Of a stretch of 64,000 bases of DNA, positions 61,550-64,000 are shown one piece after another. The notes under the pieces were generated by a model. That model was not told the DNA's origin. It ran no database searches and saw only the letters and a list, made by a program, of their open reading frames with translations. This DNA comes from Takakia lepidozioides (lineage: Eukaryota > Plantae > Bryophyta), in the NCBI GenBank assembly GCA_030704615.1, contig CM060733.1, forward strand, positions 32,240,001 to 32,304,000, given 5' to 3'. A program made the translations under genes and the position numbers. The stretch's first letter is position 1. The number at the start of each line of letters is the position of its first letter.

Positions 61550-64000
61550 CACTACAAGAGATGAGCGTTTTTAGGACTACGGCTTTGGCGGAGTCATAAA
61601 AACTGCACTAGGTACATGACTACAGAGCGCTGAAATGCATTACAGTTTTAATTTTATGACTTTGTAGTAATGGATATCACTACATGACTCCGGAAAGTTA
61701 GGGAGCATTGGTCAAACATTGTTGACCATGATGACAGGGATGGTTTATATGACTAGTGTGATATGTTTGACTACACATGGACGACGTTTCATGGAATCTT
61801 ATGACTCCATGACTGAAGATGGTTTCAGAGCTCTATTTATACGACTACATCACTACACGTGTCATTTTTGAGGCAATATAATGCAATAAAGGTTGCCCAT
61901 TAGGTTTAAAAAAGTTAAAAAAATTGCTATAAGGTTGCTCATTAGTGTAATCGTGAACAGAAAGGAGGCTGGACTTGGCGTTTTTTTTGTCTCCTGCACC
62001 ACACCACATAGCTGAGGGATGGAACGCGATGATAGCAGGATATGCAGGGCGTGGGATGGAGGCGTTGATGCATTTCAGATTGTGATAAGTAGGGTTGGGG
62101 TGTTTTGGGGAAGAACTCCACACCAGTATGGTTGGGGTGTTTGCTGGTAGAATTTTAGGCTGTCAGAGGCATGGATAGCTGAAGGAGCAGGGATAGAGTG
62201 TGTGGTCCAGATTCATCCAAGAGGGCTGGATTTCAAGCTCCACATAGCTATGATTCCATGTGAAGGATAGGTACAAGAAACCTCATGGGTAATGGTCAAC
62301 TGGAAGCGGCATGTTGTACTATATGTCATTACTGTACTATATGTCATTCCGAGACTGTCATTGTTGGTCCATGTGTTTACAACAATGCTATCAATATAAG
62401 ACTCCTGGTTCGCATTGGAAGCTCAATCCCTGCAAGTTCATTGTGTGTGAAGCTCAAACTTGTGATTTGAAGGATCTTGTAGCCAAGTTCATTCAACCGG
62501 AAAGGAGAAATTCTGAAAGCTCCCAAATTTGATGTGGGCAAGCTTATGGAGGTAAGACTTAGCTTCGCTCCTCTAAGTAAGTGTTGGATAAGTTTCATTT
62601 AGTGTCGACCTTCACTGCATATATTGGTTTCTTTTCTTGGCTGGTTTCATATTTTCTTGGCTTGTATGCTGTTGGTTGGCTTCTTTCATTTCACTGTGTA
62701 GTGGAAGGGGAAGAATACTTTCTTAAGTTCTGCTGCAACAATGTCTTTTTCCAGCCTAGATGTTTTTTGATGGATACAAATTGAAGTGTTTTGAATGTTG
62801 CGCAATACTATAAAGTGAGGGTGCTGAATGCAGTTGGCCTTGCTTCGTGCAGGCATAATCCAGGGAAATGTGGACATAGCTGAAACCCCATGATAGCATT
62901 TCCAGAGGACCGTGTGGATGGCCTCACAATCCAGCATGCAAAATCCATGACAATGTAGAGCTGGCTGAATGGGCAAACAAGTTAAGTGGCGAACAAGCCA
63001 CGTCACTGGTACATAGTTGCATGCTTACATAGTACATGAAAGCGATCTATCATTCCGGAAATTGACCATGTTGGTCCATGTATTTTACAACAATGCTATC
63101 AATAAAAGACCAATGGTTCGCATTGGAAACTCTATCCCCGTAAGTGGCTTGTGCGTGATGCTCAAACTTGTGATTCGAAGGATCTTATACCCCAGTTCAT
63201 TGCAGAGGTGATTGGAAAAGACATTGAAAGGCAACAGTCGTTATCTATAATCTACAGATCCCCTTCAATTTGATGTGGGAAAGCCGGCTGGCTGGAGGTC
63301 TAGTCTCACTTTCACTCATCTAATGTCAGTGTTGTATCCATTGCAATGTGGAGATGTTTGAAACAACATTGGAGCATTTCCAGAGGATGGTCTGGATGGC
63401 CTTTCGTGCGTGTGCCGAATCCATGGCAAGAAAACATTGCAGGCAGAACCCTGGCAATGGTCCAAGCACGGGTTGGTCCAAAGCCAATTGCAACAACAAA
63501 TGAATAAAGGGTGCTGAAAGGAAAGCACTCCATAATTGATCATAAAATCCAGTGTCCAAGCATGATATCTTAATGGGAATGCGAAGGGAGTGTTACCACC
63601 TTAAACTATCATGCATGGTCTATAACTGGAGTGCACAAATCACGCATATCTAATCTTCATCATCCTCATCTATGTCTGGGTCACTACATGTATCACTGTC
63701 TTCATCACAGACTTCATCTTGTCCAAGGGTTGGCTGAACATCATCACCACGTATACGGGGTGCTCGGAGGTACAAGGAGGCCACCTGCTCTGGAGTAACC
63801 GGTACCGCTCAGCTGCATGTTGGGCCATCAGTAACCACAGTCTCCTCTAGTCTTTGTGGGACTAACAATCCTTCCACTTCCGCCACATCATCATTATCAA
63901 TTGATATGTCGCAGACCACTCTACGTGCTCGGGGGCTCTTCTCCAGGACGACTTTCCACCCCGGCTCCTTCACACAATCAGAAAAAAAACACTTGATCAA
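61550..64000 (-). mobile_element. CACTA/EnSpm element end, running off the window
   Basis: TIR cactacaaga at 61550 followed by (at)gactac/gactcc subterminal repeats. ORF 63809..64000 KCFFSDCVKEPGWKVVLEKSPRARRVV resembles the CACTA transposase C-terminus (DUF4216 region). Confidence 0.75.

Overview
Eukaryotic, transposon-dense window from a land plant (spliced genes; TE families look bryophyte-like, but the species cannot be determined from sequence alone). There are two intact-looking host genes on the minus strand: an SGS3-like XS/zf-XS RNA-silencing gene (~28.4-34.6 kb) and a BCS1/ASD-type AAA-ATPase (45969-48347). Most of the remainder is TE debris: L1 fragments, an internally deleted Copia with intact LTRs, a very young 366-bp TRIM carrying a tRNA-like sequence in each LTR (Helenus-type) inside an SGS3 intron, four hAT MITE-like insertions with 8-bp TSDs, a Harbinger Myb-only element, pogo, hAT and piggyBac transposase relics, and one end of a CACTA element. 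The main result is two divergent Dualen/RandI-type non-LTR retrotransposons (APE + RT + RNase H + CCHC + RLE). Both carry, between RT and RNase H, a ~220-aa region that aligns by eye with the PCIF1/CAPAM-type N6-adenine methyltransferase domain. Both also end in a conserved, covarying ~75-nt structured RNA followed by a microsatellite tail. That RNA also occurs alone as an 84-bp insertion with a 15-bp TSD. Domain calls come from motif recognition only; no searches were run.
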